Positions 12,556-25,046 of a stretch of 64,000 nt of DNA are shown in pieces. Location of the stretch: positions 14,570,001-14,634,000 of the forward strand of contig NC_043001.1 of the NCBI RefSeq assembly GCF_006345805.1. The letters run 5' to 3'. Numbering within the stretch: the first letter of the stretch is position 1; each line of letters begins with the position of its first letter. The notes beneath the pieces are model-generated. The model saw nothing but the letters and a program-made list of their open reading frames with translations, did not search any database and was not told the origin of the DNA. The position numbers and the translations under genes are program-made. The stretch comes from Octopus sinensis. Lineage: Eukaryota.

Positions 12556-12895
12556 AAAAGGGTAAAGACCCCCTTCGGTCATGAATGACCATGGGATTGC
12601 ACCTAGAAAGTTACCCTCCTAGACACAAGTCCGGGCAAGGTTGTTTATGGAAGGTCAGCAGTCGCCCATGCATACCAGCCTCCCCTCTCCACGCCACGAG
12701 TGTTATCCAAGGGAAAGACAAAGGTCGATACAGCTTGGCACCTGTGACGTCGCAACTCATTTCTACAGCTGAGTGAACTGAAGCAACGTGAAATAAAGTG
12801 CCTTGCTCGAGAGCACAACACGCAGCCCGGTCCGGGATTCGAGCTCACAACCTCACGATCGTAAGCTCGACACTCTAACCACTGAGCCATGCGCC

Positions 12896-12899
<4 letters not shown>
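12556..12899 (-). mobile_element. SINE family D, full length; fragments at 36530-36610, 16615-16740, 51530-51640
   Basis: A-box TGGCTCAGTGG, B-box GAGCTCGAATCC, central gagcaaggcactttatttcacgttgc...cactcagctgtagaaatgagt. Confidence 0.8.
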
Positions 12900-12943
<44 letters not shown>

Positions 12944-12946
<3 letters not shown>

Positions 12947-13145
12947 CACGGGAAGCTTTATGAAAATAAACAAAAGATGAAGGCAGGTGGAATACAAACA
13001 AACAATTGTATTAGTATGGTGCTCAGGAATATAAATAAAACAAGTCTTTTACGTTTCGAGCCTACGCTCTTCAACAGAAAGATACACAGAAAAGAAACAC
13101 GGAGAGAAAAAAAATGCGTGCAGAAGCTAGCGAATCAACATGGCG
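12944..13145 (-). mobile_element. Penelope-like terminal-repeat fragment with hammerhead-like core
   Basis: tcttt-CTGTTGA-A-GAGC gtag GCTC-GAAAC-GTA-aaaga (13082-13045); homologs at 14160, 36110, 26410. Penelope assignment is inference. Confidence 0.55.
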
Positions 13146-13230
<85 letters not shown>

Positions 13231-13250
13231 TGTATGTATATATACCCATA

Positions 13251-14098
13251 CAGGGTGCAGTGAATAAATTGTCATCTAAATTACGCAAAAATGAAAATAA
13301 TACTGACATCTCATTTTTACAGATATATTGACCAAAATTACATAAAAATATTTTGAAATACTAAAGAGTAAATTTATTCAATAAAATCACCATTGGCTTG
13401 AAGCAAGCCCTCCAGATGACTTCAGAATCTCCTACAGCTCTTCTGGACTGTCTCCTTGTTTAAGTTGATGAATGCTGCCATAATCCTTGCCTTCAGTTCA
13501 TCTTTGGTGTTACAAGCAGTTTTGTTGGTCTCTCGCTCAACTGCACTCCAGATATAATAATCAAGGGGTCTGCAGTCTGGGGAGTTAGGTTGTCAGATAT
13601 TAGGAGTGATGTGGTTGCAGAAATTGTCTGACAGCTATGACTGGGTTCTCCTGTTTGTGTGGCACGGAAGAGAGTCCTGTTGCCAGACATAGGGTCTTCC
13701 AGCAGCCACCCTCTTGATCGAGGGCAGCACTACCTCCTCCAAACAATTGATGTAGGCCTCTATGTTGAAGATGAACGGAGGCATAACGTTGCCATCACTA
13801 GTGATCATTCCAAACAGCATGATGTTGACTGGATGTTTGGTTTTCATCACTCTTGCTACATGTCCTCAGATTGACACCCAAATACTTTGAAATGTTTATA
13901 TTAGAGCTTCCAGCATAAATTCTAAGCAGTACAGCATGTCATTTCCTAATTTCTGGCAGAGTGAATTGCATCATGGTGCTAATTTTCTCACAGATGGTGC
14001 CCAACTGACCCTACTTTACTGTGTAGTTGACCAAATCAAAAACAATGTGTATGCATGAAATTAAAAATATAAAATGGCAACAATTTACCCATCGCACC

Positions 14099-14100
<2 letters not shown>
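13251..14100 (-). pseudogene. Internally deleted Tc1/mariner DD37D (maT-type) transposon
   Basis: ...YVWQQD-(37 aa)-DYYIWSAVERETNK...NGDFIE* with three in-frame stops. TA+CAGGGTGCAGTGAATAAATTGT terminus at 13251 and a degenerate inverted partner near 14078-14100. Confidence 0.8.
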
Positions 14101-14154
<54 letters not shown>

Positions 14155-14159
14155 CCGAT

Positions 14160-14352
14160 ATCAGTCGCCATGATAGTTCGTTAGCCACTACACACATTTT
14201 TTCTCTCCTTGTTTTTTCTGTCCCTTTCTGTAGAAGAGCGTAGGCTCGAAACATAAAAGACTTTTTCTATTCCTGAGCATTATTCTAATACATCTGTTTG
14301 TTTTGTACACCACCTGTCTTCGTCTTGTTTTTTTTTTTCGTAACCTCTCCCT
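14160..14352 (+). mobile_element. Penelope-like terminal-repeat fragment, inverted relative to 12944
   Basis: CTGTAGA-A-GAGC gtag GCTC-GAAAC-ATA at 14228-14255. Confidence 0.55.
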
Positions 14353-14782
14353 ATATATATATATATATATATATATATGTAGAATAGAAATAAAAAGTCC
14401 TCAGTACAACAGAGTTGTGCACCACAGCTATGTTTTTGCTGTCATCCTGTGTGTGTGTGTGTGTGTGTGTGTTTGTGCATGAGATTCGAGTATGTGGCTG
14501 TTTATTTGCAAAAACTAATAAACATCTAATTCTTAAAGTGGAAAAATTATCAGGAAAGCCATTTCTATTCATTTTCACACACACATAATCTCTCAGATTA
14601 GAGGGGATTTAGAAAATCCAAGAGGTTTCTTCAATCAACAGGTTTGCAAATACCAGCTGGGGGTAAGTTTTCCTTGGAGGGAACCATTCCATACAAACTG
14701 AAAGTTCAGGGGTACTGTATTAGTTGCAGAGCATAATATGGTTAGGTCCAAAAATTAAATTAAGGGTATTAAATTCATTAAA

Positions 14783-15212
14783 GGTGGCGAGCTGGCAGAC
14801 TCGTTAGCACGCTGGACGAATTACTTAGTGGCATTTTGTCTGCCGCTATGTTGCGAGTTCAAATTCCGCCGAGGTTGACTTTGCCTTTCATCCTTTCGGG
14901 GTCAATTAAATAAGTACCAGTTATGCACTGGGGGGGGGGTCGATGTAGTTGACTTAATCCCTTTGTCTGTCTTTGTTTGTCCTCTCTGTGTTTAGCCCCT
15001 TGTGGGTAGTAAAGAAATAGGTATTTTGTCTGCCGCTACGTTCTGAGTTCAAATTCCGCCGAGGTCGACTTTGCCTTTCATCCTTTCGGGGTCGATTAAA
15101 TAAGTACCCGTTACGCACTGGGAGGGGGGGGCGATGTAGTTGACTTAATCCCTTTGTCTGTCCTTGTTTGTCCTCTCTGTGTTTAGCCCCTTGCGGGCAG
15201 TAAAGAAATAGG
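14783..15212 (+). mobile_element. SINE family B, head plus two tandem body units
   Basis: Head GGTGGCGAGCTGGCAGA..., B-box GAGTTCAAATTCC, body gactttgcctttcatcctttcggggtc...cccttgtgggtagtaaagaaatag repeated. Confidence 0.8.
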
Positions 15213-16164
15213 TATTACATTCATTCCTTCCTCAGTTGTTGCAACAATACATTGTTCAGCCACATCATATAAATTAGTATTTCATCATACACTCAATGAT
15301 AGATATTTTGAAGAGGTTTTTGTAGGAATAAAAGTATGGTTCTGCGCATGTAAATACAATCCTGTGACAGTTACTGTAATGTAGTAATCATAAATTACAT
15401 CATACAAGTATGATATTTCAATTTTTTTTTTTCAGTTGTTTATATTTGGGTGAAGGACATAAAACTTATATTTCTGACAATGATGTTTTGTGTTTCTGCA
15501 ATTGGACACCAAGGTTGTGCACCACAGCTATGTTTTTGCTGTCATCCTCTGTGTGTGTATGTGTGTTTGCATATGTGTGCATGCACGAGATTCGAGTATG
15601 TGGGTGTAAAAAGCTTTCATTAATCCTCAACAAGTACTTATATACCAACACTGGTGTAATCCCAAGTCTAAAGACTTAAATTAGTCTGATCACGTAGCCG
15701 GGCTTAAAATTTTTTAAAGAAAGCTGTATTTTACATCTATACTAGAGAGAGGAAAGCAAAAAGAGAAGAGAGAGAGAGAGGATGGGAAAAGCAACCAGAA
15801 GAACAAAAGTGAGAGACAATGGGAAAGTGTTTATCAATTTACATATTTAAATGGATTCATAATTAGTCAGGGATCAACTTGGAGCAGAACTACAATATCA
15901 AAGGATGCAGTCATAACATCTCCATCTTGCTTTCAGACAATATATTATTCACAACCACATTATCCGATATAACCTTCAAATTTTTTTTCCTTATAAAATT
16001 TTAAGATATGAAAGAAATTTAACTGCAATTTCTAGACAAATTTCATGACAGAGATTAATTTTTCCCTAAACCAATTAGGGAAGATGATCAGTGCCTACTT
16101 GCATTCTTGGAGGAAAATTATGGCATATTAGAGTCATGTATTTCTAGATACACTATGCCGATAT

Positions 16165-16613
16165 CTGTGGAGTCAGAGTCAAAGTTCTGATCACTTTAAC
16201 CACTATTGACACCTCCGATTCCTCTTAATGTAATTAAATGATTGTGGCCTACGTATCTCATAAAGCATATGCATACACTTGTACTTTGTGTAGACCTGTA
16301 TCTTATAACTGGTTTATATTAAAGAATAAATATATTGTAAGTTGGAGTCGGTATAGTTTTACTGACTCCTCTTTTGGCACCACTGACTCCAATTGGTTCC
16401 TCTACTATTGGTACCTCTGACTTCGACTCCTCTTCATGTAATTAAGTGATTGTGGTCTACATATCTCAAAGCATATGCATACACTTGTACTCTGAGTAGG
16501 CCTAGATGTACTCTGAGTAGGCCTAGGTTTATATTAAAGAATAAAGACCTCGTGAGTCGGAGTCGATATAGTTTTACCGACTGATTGTTTCCAACTCTGA
16601 CTCCACAGCCCTG
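16165..16613. mobile_element. hAT-like MITE with internal ~200-bp duplication
   Basis: 15-bp TIR core CTGTGGAGTCAGAGT at both ends; right end ...CTCCACAGCCCTG. Confidence 0.55.
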
Positions 16614-17227
16614 ACCATAAGGTTGTGGCTTTGATTCCTAGACAGGGTGAAGTGTTGTATTCTTGAGCAAAACACTTCACTGCATGTTGCTCCAGTCCAC
16701 TCAGCTGGCAAAAATGGGCAACCCTGTGACAGACCGTCCTGACTGAGGATGGAATATTTACATGACAGAATCCAGTAAACTAGCCTTAATCCTTATTCTT
16801 TTTTATGTTGATATAAAGATGGGATGGCCATGGCTGAAACATCATAGGTTAGGGGTCATTCTGATTAAAGCTAAATAGAATTTAAACAACTTCCCGCAAG
16901 CAAAGTATCATTCACATATAATAATTAGCAACAACGACTGATATAATAGTATTGAAGAGTTGATTGCAACAAAATTAGGGATGCAACAAAATTGGAAGCT
17001 GGTGGCAGTCACAGGATGTGGTCTCAGTGTGTTCACTCGGTCACAACTTGGTGTTTTGATATGAGTGTTATAATCTATAGAGTACCATAAATTAGTATTT
17101 ACATTGCTTACAAAACAAAAAACCAGCCATAAGACATCTCAAAGATTATATGTATAAACAGAAAAGGCAGATAAACAAAAGTAAGGCAAGAGCATATTCA
17201 CATGGAAAGTTGCATATACAGTAAATA

Positions 17228-17622
17228 GGCGTAGGAGTGGCTGTGTGGTAAGTAGCTTGCTTACCAACCACATGGTTCTGGGGTCAGTCCCACTGCGTGG
17301 CACCTTGGGCAAATGTCTTCTACTATAGCCTCAGGCTGACCAAAGCCTTCTGAGTGAATTGGGTAGATGGAAACTGAAAGAAGCCTGTCATATATATACA
17401 TATATATGTGTGTGTATGTTTGTGTGTCTGTGTTTGTCCCCCCAACATCGCTTGACAACCAATGCTGGTGTGTTTACGTCCCCGTCACTTAGTGGTTCGG
17501 CGAGACCGATAGAATAATTACTAGGCTTACAAATATAAAGTCCTGGGGTCGATTTGCTCAACTAAAGGCGATGCTCCAGCATGGCCGCAGTCAAAATAAC
17601 TGAAACAAATGAAAGAATAAAA
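17228..17622 (+). mobile_element. SINE family A
   Basis: Homology to 899-1308. Confidence 0.85.
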
Positions 17623-18382
17623 GAATGGTGATGTAGCCTTATCTTAACAGCCGTTTCGAATAAACATTGACTAGTGCCATAACTATGTATGTAATGACAT
17701 TTATTATATGTATATAGCACAACATGTATGTATATTGTAAAAGAGTTAGTGTTAGGATGGACATCTAATCTAACCACTGAAACCAAGGAAGATGAGGACA
17801 TTCCCACCACCCTGGGCCCATCTAGGTGGGCTGTACCCACCAAATATGTGTCGATTGATGAATGACCTGTTCAACTAGTACTAAAATGGAAAGCTGAAGC
17901 AAAGTGGTGGTGATGGGAGTGCTGATGTTGGTGATGATAATGGTGATGATGGGAATGATGATGATGATGATGATGATGATGACAATCTATTACCACCATT
18001 CTTTAATGTCATTTTGTTCATTCAGTGTTTTGATTAGCAGTATGCAAGAAGAAATTGGCTTATTTTGATGTGTTGTATGATCTGAAATAACAAAATAAGT
18101 TTCTGAATTTCTCATTAAGTAAATTATTTTATATCAACAAAATGAAAGGCTAGATATTTTAACTATATAAACATGGTGTGCGTTATTAAGTAAACGGGCA
18201 GCGAAAATTGGTTAAATGGAACAGTAGTATAGAAATGAGTTAGTCACGGCCTCTCGGTTGAAAGTAATAAGTCCCAGCTGAAATGAATGAGAAGTTGGAT
18301 GCCTGGTCTCTGATAAGTAGAGAAGCAGATTCCTTATACCAAATTATTTTTGAGGATTTTATGAGGATCTTTGAAATATTCT

Positions 18383-18525
18383 TTACTCTTTTACTTGTTT
18401 CAGTCATTTGACTGGCCATGCTGGAGCACCGCCTTTAGTCGAGCAAATCGAGCCCAGAGCTTATTTTTTGTAAGCATATTCTATCAGCATTGGTTGTCAA
18501 GTGATGTTGGGGGGGAAAAACACAG

Positions 18526-18561
<36 letters not shown>

Positions 18562-18740
18562 GCATATACAAATATACGACGGGCTTCTTTCAGTTTCTAT
18601 CTACCAAATCCACTCACAAGGCTTTGGTTGGCCTGAGGCTATAGTAGAAGATACTTGCCCAAGATGCCATGTAGTGGGACCGAACCCGGAACCATGTGGT
18701 TGAGAAGCAAGCTCCTTATCACGCAGCCACTCCTGCACCT
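18383..18740 (-). mobile_element. SINE family A with internal deletion
   Basis: Homology to 899-1308; part of the right arm missing near 18480. Confidence 0.8.
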
Positions 18741-19055
18741 ATGTAATTGTTATTATTTATTTTCTCCTACATGCCTGGAGGTCAATGAGGGGTCAAGGAT
18801 TCAAAGTGACAATCTGGTCACATTTTGCTTTCAATGCAGTGTTTGTTTGCAAACCCTTGATGAACAAAACAATAGATACATGGAACTAAAGACAAATCTT
18901 TATGTAAAATCTAGATAATATTACTTGAACTAAAGTCAAAACTATTGAAAAAGTAAGAAAAAAGTGGAAATTTTACCGGTGAGTAAAAGGCACAAAAAGA
19001 AAATGACTCTCCCCAGACACAACAGAATTACTTGAACCGATATTTAGAAAGAGTT

Positions 19056-19282
19056 TTAACCCTCTAGTATTTAAACCGGCCATGTCCGGCCAAAATAGCT
19101 AATCTGTTTTATGTTCGAACTGACCAGATCCAGGCTCTCACACCTACCCTACAATGTTATTCTATATTAAGTAATTACACCATCAAGATCTTGAAGATAT
19201 GAGATAATGCATGATTAATTCAGATCAATGGGAATCAATAAGCATTATGTTTGATAGAATAATCTGAACACTAAAGGGTTAA
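19056..19282. mobile_element. piggyBac-type MITE P2
   Basis: TTAA-CCCTCTAG...CTAAAGGG-TTAA. Confidence 0.75.
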
Positions 19283-20071
19283 ACATGGAAAAATCTTTCT
19301 GGGACACCCTGTACTTTACAAATTGGCTCTCATTTACGCAGTGGCTCCAATTTCGGAGTCAACCCTGCTGATGTTATGTAGGAGGATAATGAGCTAAACT
19401 CCAATCTAATTGTCACTAAGTAACTAGTTTGTGACATCCAGTAAGGATGATGTTATTTTAACCTGGCAACACAGCAAACATTCGTCAGTCCTATAGTATA
19501 ACTGCTTTCAACTAGACACTCCCTTTCTGCCAATCCAGACTTTGAGATTTAACATAAACATCAAACAATTGTTCCTTTGAATATTATTGTTTCTCTGATA
19601 ATTTAGAGGCCCTTAACATCTTGTGCCCAACTTTTTTATTTTTATTTTTCATACTTGCATGGGTTGGACAGACCTCAGTATCTTGTCAATCTTTAGTCTG
19701 GTATATGTCATCACAATAATTTCATAAATCTAAGTCATATATCAGATCACGAGCCGATGTCCCAGTTCGTAGCTCAATAATATGAAGTTAAAAACAACAC
19801 AGTAAACAGAAATGTTGCTATGACAAAGATCTTTTTTTTTTAATAATGGCTTTGTTGTAACCTTTTCATAAAATACAGCCTTTGTCACAATTAATTTTGA
19901 AAATAATGATTAAGCTAGAAAAATACATTAGTCATTCCATCAACCCATTAGGACCCAAATTTAATTTTATTACCAAAAATCTTTTATACAACTTTATTTG
20001 ATACTAAATATTTAAAAAAAATTTATTACAATATTTGAAAGACATTCCAGTCCTGATGACGAACTAAAGAT

Positions 20072-21270
20072 AGTAGTGGGGGTGGGTGTGCTGAAAGTGT
20101 AACGGCTAGAGTAAGAACAGCCTGGGCAAAGTTTAGGGAGCTCTTACCTCTGCTGGTGACTAAAGGCCTATCGCTCAGAGTAAGAGGCAGACTGTATGAT
20201 GCATGTGTACGAACAGCCATGCTACATGGCAGTGAAACATGGGCCGTGACTGCTGAGGACATGCATAAGCTCACGAGAAATGAAGCCAGTATGCTCCGAT
20301 GGATGTGTAATGTCTGTGTGCATGCTCGACAGAGCGTTAGTACCCTGAGAGAAATGTTGGACCTAAGGAGCATCAGTTGTGGTGTGCAAGAGAGACAATT
20401 GCGCTGGTATGGTCATGTGGCGAGAATGGATGAAGATAGGTGTGTGAAAAAGTGCCAATCCCTAGCAGTGGAGGGAACCCGTGGAAGAAGTAGATCCAGG
20501 AAAACTTGGGACGAGGTGGTGAAGCACGACCTTCGAACTTTAGGTCTCACTAAGGAAATGACCAGCGACCGAGACTTTTGGAAATATGCTGTGCATGAAA
20601 AGACCAGGCAGGACAAGTGAGTCCAGCCCACTTATGCATGCCTTTCCTCCCTTGGACACACAAAGACCTGTTGAGGCAAGCTAAGTCGATATCGAACCTC
20701 ATCCGACGACAGGCACCTATGCCAACCCCGCTTTGCTTGCGAAGACCTGTTGAGGCAAGTGAAATTGGAATCGAAATTGAACCAATCCTATGACTGGCAC
20801 CCGGCAGATGCCAGGACCCCTGGACTGGAGATACGTAAAAAGCACTATCCAAATCGTGGCCGATGCCAGCGCCGCCTCGACTGGCTTCCGTGTTGGTGGC
20901 ACGTAAAAAGCACCATCCGAATCGTGGCCGAAGCCAGTGCCGCCTCGACTGGCTTCCGTGTCGGTGGCACGTAAAAAGCACCATCCGAATCGTGGCCAAA
21001 GCCAGTGCCGCCTCGACTGGCTTCCGTGCCGGTGGCACGTGAAATGCACCAATCCGACCGTGGCCGATGCCAGCCTCGCCTGGCACCAGTGCAGGTGGCA
21101 CGTAAAAAGCACCCACTACACTCACGGAGTGGTTGGCGTTACATCCAGCTGTAGAAACATTTCCAGATAAGACCGGAGCCTGGTGCAGCCTTCTGGCTTC
21201 CCAGATCCCCGGTCGAACTGTCCAACCCATGCTAGCATGGAGAACGGACGTTAAACGATGATGATGATGA
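20072..21270 (+). mobile_element. 5'-truncated RTE-clade LINE: ORF C-terminus (20072-20620), 3' UTR with ~60-bp tandem repeats, (GAT)n tail
   Basis: SSGGGCAESVTARVRTAWAKFRELLPLL...HGSETW...LRWYGHVARM...GRSRSRKTW...EKTRQDK*, typical RTE C-terminus; ends cggacgttaaacgatgatgatgatga. Confidence 0.88.
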
Positions 21271-22292
21271 TTTCGCCCCGCATGCTAATGTTTCTGCTAG
21301 CTTGCTGCCTTTTGGCTGCTATTACTAGCAGATCAAGTGACCATGTAAAGACACCCTCAATGTTATTCTGAAATGTTAGTCAAAACACAATGAACGAGGG
21401 AATAAAATTTAAAAATGAAAAAAAAAAAGATTTTTTTTTTAATGAAATTTCAAATATGATAAGACTAAGTCTCTTGGATTTAATTACCAAATAAATAGAA
21501 ACCAATTACAAAGAGCAATCTTTTATGTGAAAATTTTTCAATTATTCCCCCATCCCCCAGGTCACCCCACCTCACACACACACCTACTGTTTTGTTAACG
21601 CCACATGTAACAGACAAGATAGCAGGCGAAAACTCAACAATTTTCTTTGTATCAACACCAGTAGCTGGGTTGACAAAATATCTTGATAACAGCACAACTG
21701 TCAAGCCAACCCCATCCCACACCGCAACGACTGGCCCCCACCCCCTTTACATGTTTCTCTTCTGATATCCAGAAGCTTAAATGGGTCACACACACAAAAC
21801 CTTATCGTTTTATCAGCACCATCATTATAATTATTTTTACATCCGCTTTCGCTTTCCTCAGAGGGTTAAATGAAACTTACGGATGTGGTTAGTATTCTAT
21901 GGCTGGATGCATGCATACCTGTGCACATATGCGTGCATACATGCATATATACGCATGCAAACATACATACATATACACAAACATATGCACACATGCATGC
22001 AAAAATATGCACATGCCTTGTCTTATTTTAGTCATAAATTTTTTGTCAAAATATTCCAACCGTGACCACACCAACTTTTTCCTGTGTGCAAGGAACCTAC
22101 AATAGATGACAATCCACTGTATTCTTTGCCAGGACAATGGAGTGTGATATTAGAAAGAGATCAGCTGTTATTTTTAGCATGTCCTGTGACCATGTAAGGC
22201 GCAGTTAGTGTCAGGCTAAACTGAATCAGTACTTTACTATATCATTTGATCAACCCTTAGGTTGTCAGCCGAAAAATCCTTTTTTTTTTTTT

Positions 22293-22765
22293 TACGTGTT
22301 TCAGTCATTTGACTGTGGCCATGCTGGAGCACTGCCTTTAGTCGAGCAAATCGAACCCAGGACTTATTCTTTGTAAGCCTAGTACTTATTCTATCGGTCT
22401 CTTTTGCCGAACGCTAAGTTACAGGGATGTAAACACACCAGTATCGGTTGTCAAGCGATGTTGGGGGGACAAACACAGACACACACACATATACACACAC
22501 AATGTAAAGCCTGGTACTGATTCTATTGGTCCCTTTTTGCAAACCACTATGTCAGGGTGGTGTAAACACCCTAACACCAGCTGTCAAGTGGAGGTGGGAC
22601 AGACACAAGGCAGGCTTTTTACAGTTTCCATTTACCAAATCCTTCTCGCAAAGTTTGGCTGGCCCAAGGCTATAGTAGAAGACACTTGCCCACGGTACCA
22701 TGCAGTGGGACTGAACCCAGAACCATGTGGTTGGGAAGCAAGCTCCTATCCACACAGCCACACGT
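22293..22765 (-). mobile_element. SINE family A right arm plus degenerate copy
   Basis: Homology to 899-1308. Confidence 0.7.
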
Positions 22766-23329
22766 GTCTATGCATACTAATATATGCACAGTTATGCATA
22801 CAAACACATACACAGATATGCCTGCATACATATACATAGACATACACACACAAACATACAATAGGTTTCTTGACAGTTTCATCCGTCAAAACACAAAGCA
22901 TGTCAGGTTGACGTTTCTGTGAAGGCACATACACACACCCAAAATGTCACAGACTGACTTTCCAATGTTAATTGAACTAATTAATTACATAACTGTAAAC
23001 ATCAACAGACACCCGTACTGTAAGCCAATGGTGTCTGCATAAGGTAGGTCACTCAACCTGCTAGAAATAGCAACTAAATCTACCTTAAATTACACCTTAC
23101 TGCTCAAATCTAGAAAGGACACATTGCACAATGGTGTCTCATGGACAGAAAAACATAATAGTTACAATTGGATTTACCCCCCCCCCCCCAATTAGCTTAA
23201 TTAAGGCTAAACAATCATGGCAACAATAACCACTGATTTTTCTCCAATATAATTCTAAAATACAAGGGAATATATATTGGTTTTAAATTTTGGCACAATC
23301 CTGCAATTTGTAAGGGGGTAGGGTGGGGA

Positions 23330-23790
23330 GTCAATTACATCAACCCCAGTATTCAACTGGTACTTTTCTAACTGACCCTAAATGGATCAACGGCAAAGTT
23401 GACCTGAGCAGAATTTGAAATCAGAACATAAAGATAATATATTCCTTTCTACTCTAGCCACAAGGTCCGAAATTTGGAGGAGGGGGCCAGTTGATTATAC
23501 TGACCCCAGTATGCAACTGGTACTTAATTTATCGACACCGAAAGGATGAAAGTCAAAGTTGACCTCAGCGGAATTTGAACTCAGAATGTAAAGACTGACG
23601 AAAACCACTAAGTATTCCACCTGACGTGCTAACATTTCTTTTCTACTCGAGGTAGAAGGCCTGAAATTTTGGGGAGGGGAGCCAGTTGATTAGTGGACCC
23701 CAGTACGCAACTGGTACTTTATTTATCAAGCCCGAAAGGGTGAAAGGCAAAGCTGACCTTGGCGGAATTTGAACTCAAAATGTGTAAACA
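23330..23790 (-). mobile_element. Older SINE family B multimer
   Basis: Three degenerate body units. Confidence 0.65.
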
Positions 23791-23897
23791 GACATTTGTT
23801 TCAGTCATTTGACTGCGGCCATGCTGGAGCACTGCCTTTTGTTAAACAAATTGACTCCAGGACTTATTCTTTGTAAACTTAGTACACACACACACAG

Positions 23898-24140
23898 ACA
23901 TCATCATCATCGTTTAGCGTCCGCTTTCCATGCTGGCATGGGTTGGACGGTTCAACTGGGGTCTGGGAAGCCAGAAGGCTACACCAGGCCCAGTCTGATC
24001 TGGCAATGTTTCTACAGCTGAATGCCCTTCCTAACGCCAACCACTCCATGAGTGTAGTGGGTGCTTTTTACGTGCCACCGGCACAGGTGCCAGACGAGGC
24101 TGGCAAACAGCCACAATCAGATGGTGCTTTTTACGTGCCA
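23898..24140 (-). mobile_element. RTE 3' tail fragment
   Basis: Homologous to 21030-21270. Confidence 0.75.
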
Positions 24141-24342
24141 CACACATATATATATATATGTATATCTGTGTTTTTCTCTGAGTTTGTCCACCCACATTGC
24201 TTGACAACCTATGCTGGTGTTTTTACATTCCCATAACTTGGCAGTTTGGCAAAAGGGACCACTAGAATATGTACTGGGTTTGATACATTCAACTAAAAAT
24301 TCTAACAGCTGAAATAAGTATAAAAAAAATTAAAAGATATTC

Positions 24343-24600
24343 TCTTTACTCTTTTACTTGTTTCAGTCATTTGACTGCGGCCCCGGGACTTATTCTTTTG
24401 TAAGCCCAGTACTTATTCTATCGGTCTCTTTTGCCAAACCGCTAAGTAACGGGGACATAAACACACCAGCATCGGTTGTCAAGCAATGCTAGGGGACAAA
24501 CACAGACACAAATACACACACGCATATATATATATACATATATATACGACGGGCTTCTTTCAGTTTCCGTCTACCAAATCCACTCACAAGGCTTTGGTCG
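24343..24600 (-). mobile_element. SINE family A, 5' truncated
   Basis: Homology to 899-1308. Confidence 0.75.
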
Positions 24601-25046
24601 TTACAATACATTTTAGATTATGGAGCATTTAGTCTTTCATACATCATTAATTTAACTGCTCGTTACTCATCAGAATAATTCAATTAACATCGTATGTAGT
24701 AAGAATAATTATCCAAACATTGTGTGTAGTTCATTGGTTAATATCTCTGGCAAACCACAACGACCACAACAACAATAACAACAACACATTCATTGACGGA
24801 AAGTCTGAATGAATGAGAAAGCAACAAATTTAAATGGAGTCACAATTAAAGATTATGTTAGAAAATTGAAATAAAGTTTATATAAGCATGACATTACAAG
24901 GAGCCGTAGAAAATGTCACGAAAGGCCACAAGTTGTCGTGCCCACTCAACACAGCCACTTGATTTACTAGAAACAGCAGTCAAATCTCCTTTGAAACCAT
25001 GCCCTTCTGTATTCAAAACGAGGACATATTGGGTGTAACAAAAGAT

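Noticed and set aside
20780-21110. CRISPR-like spaced repeats (also 30230-30460, 34280-34480)
   Set aside because: The 'spacers' are homologous to each other, the array lies in an RTE 3' UTR, and there are no cas genes in this eukaryotic context.
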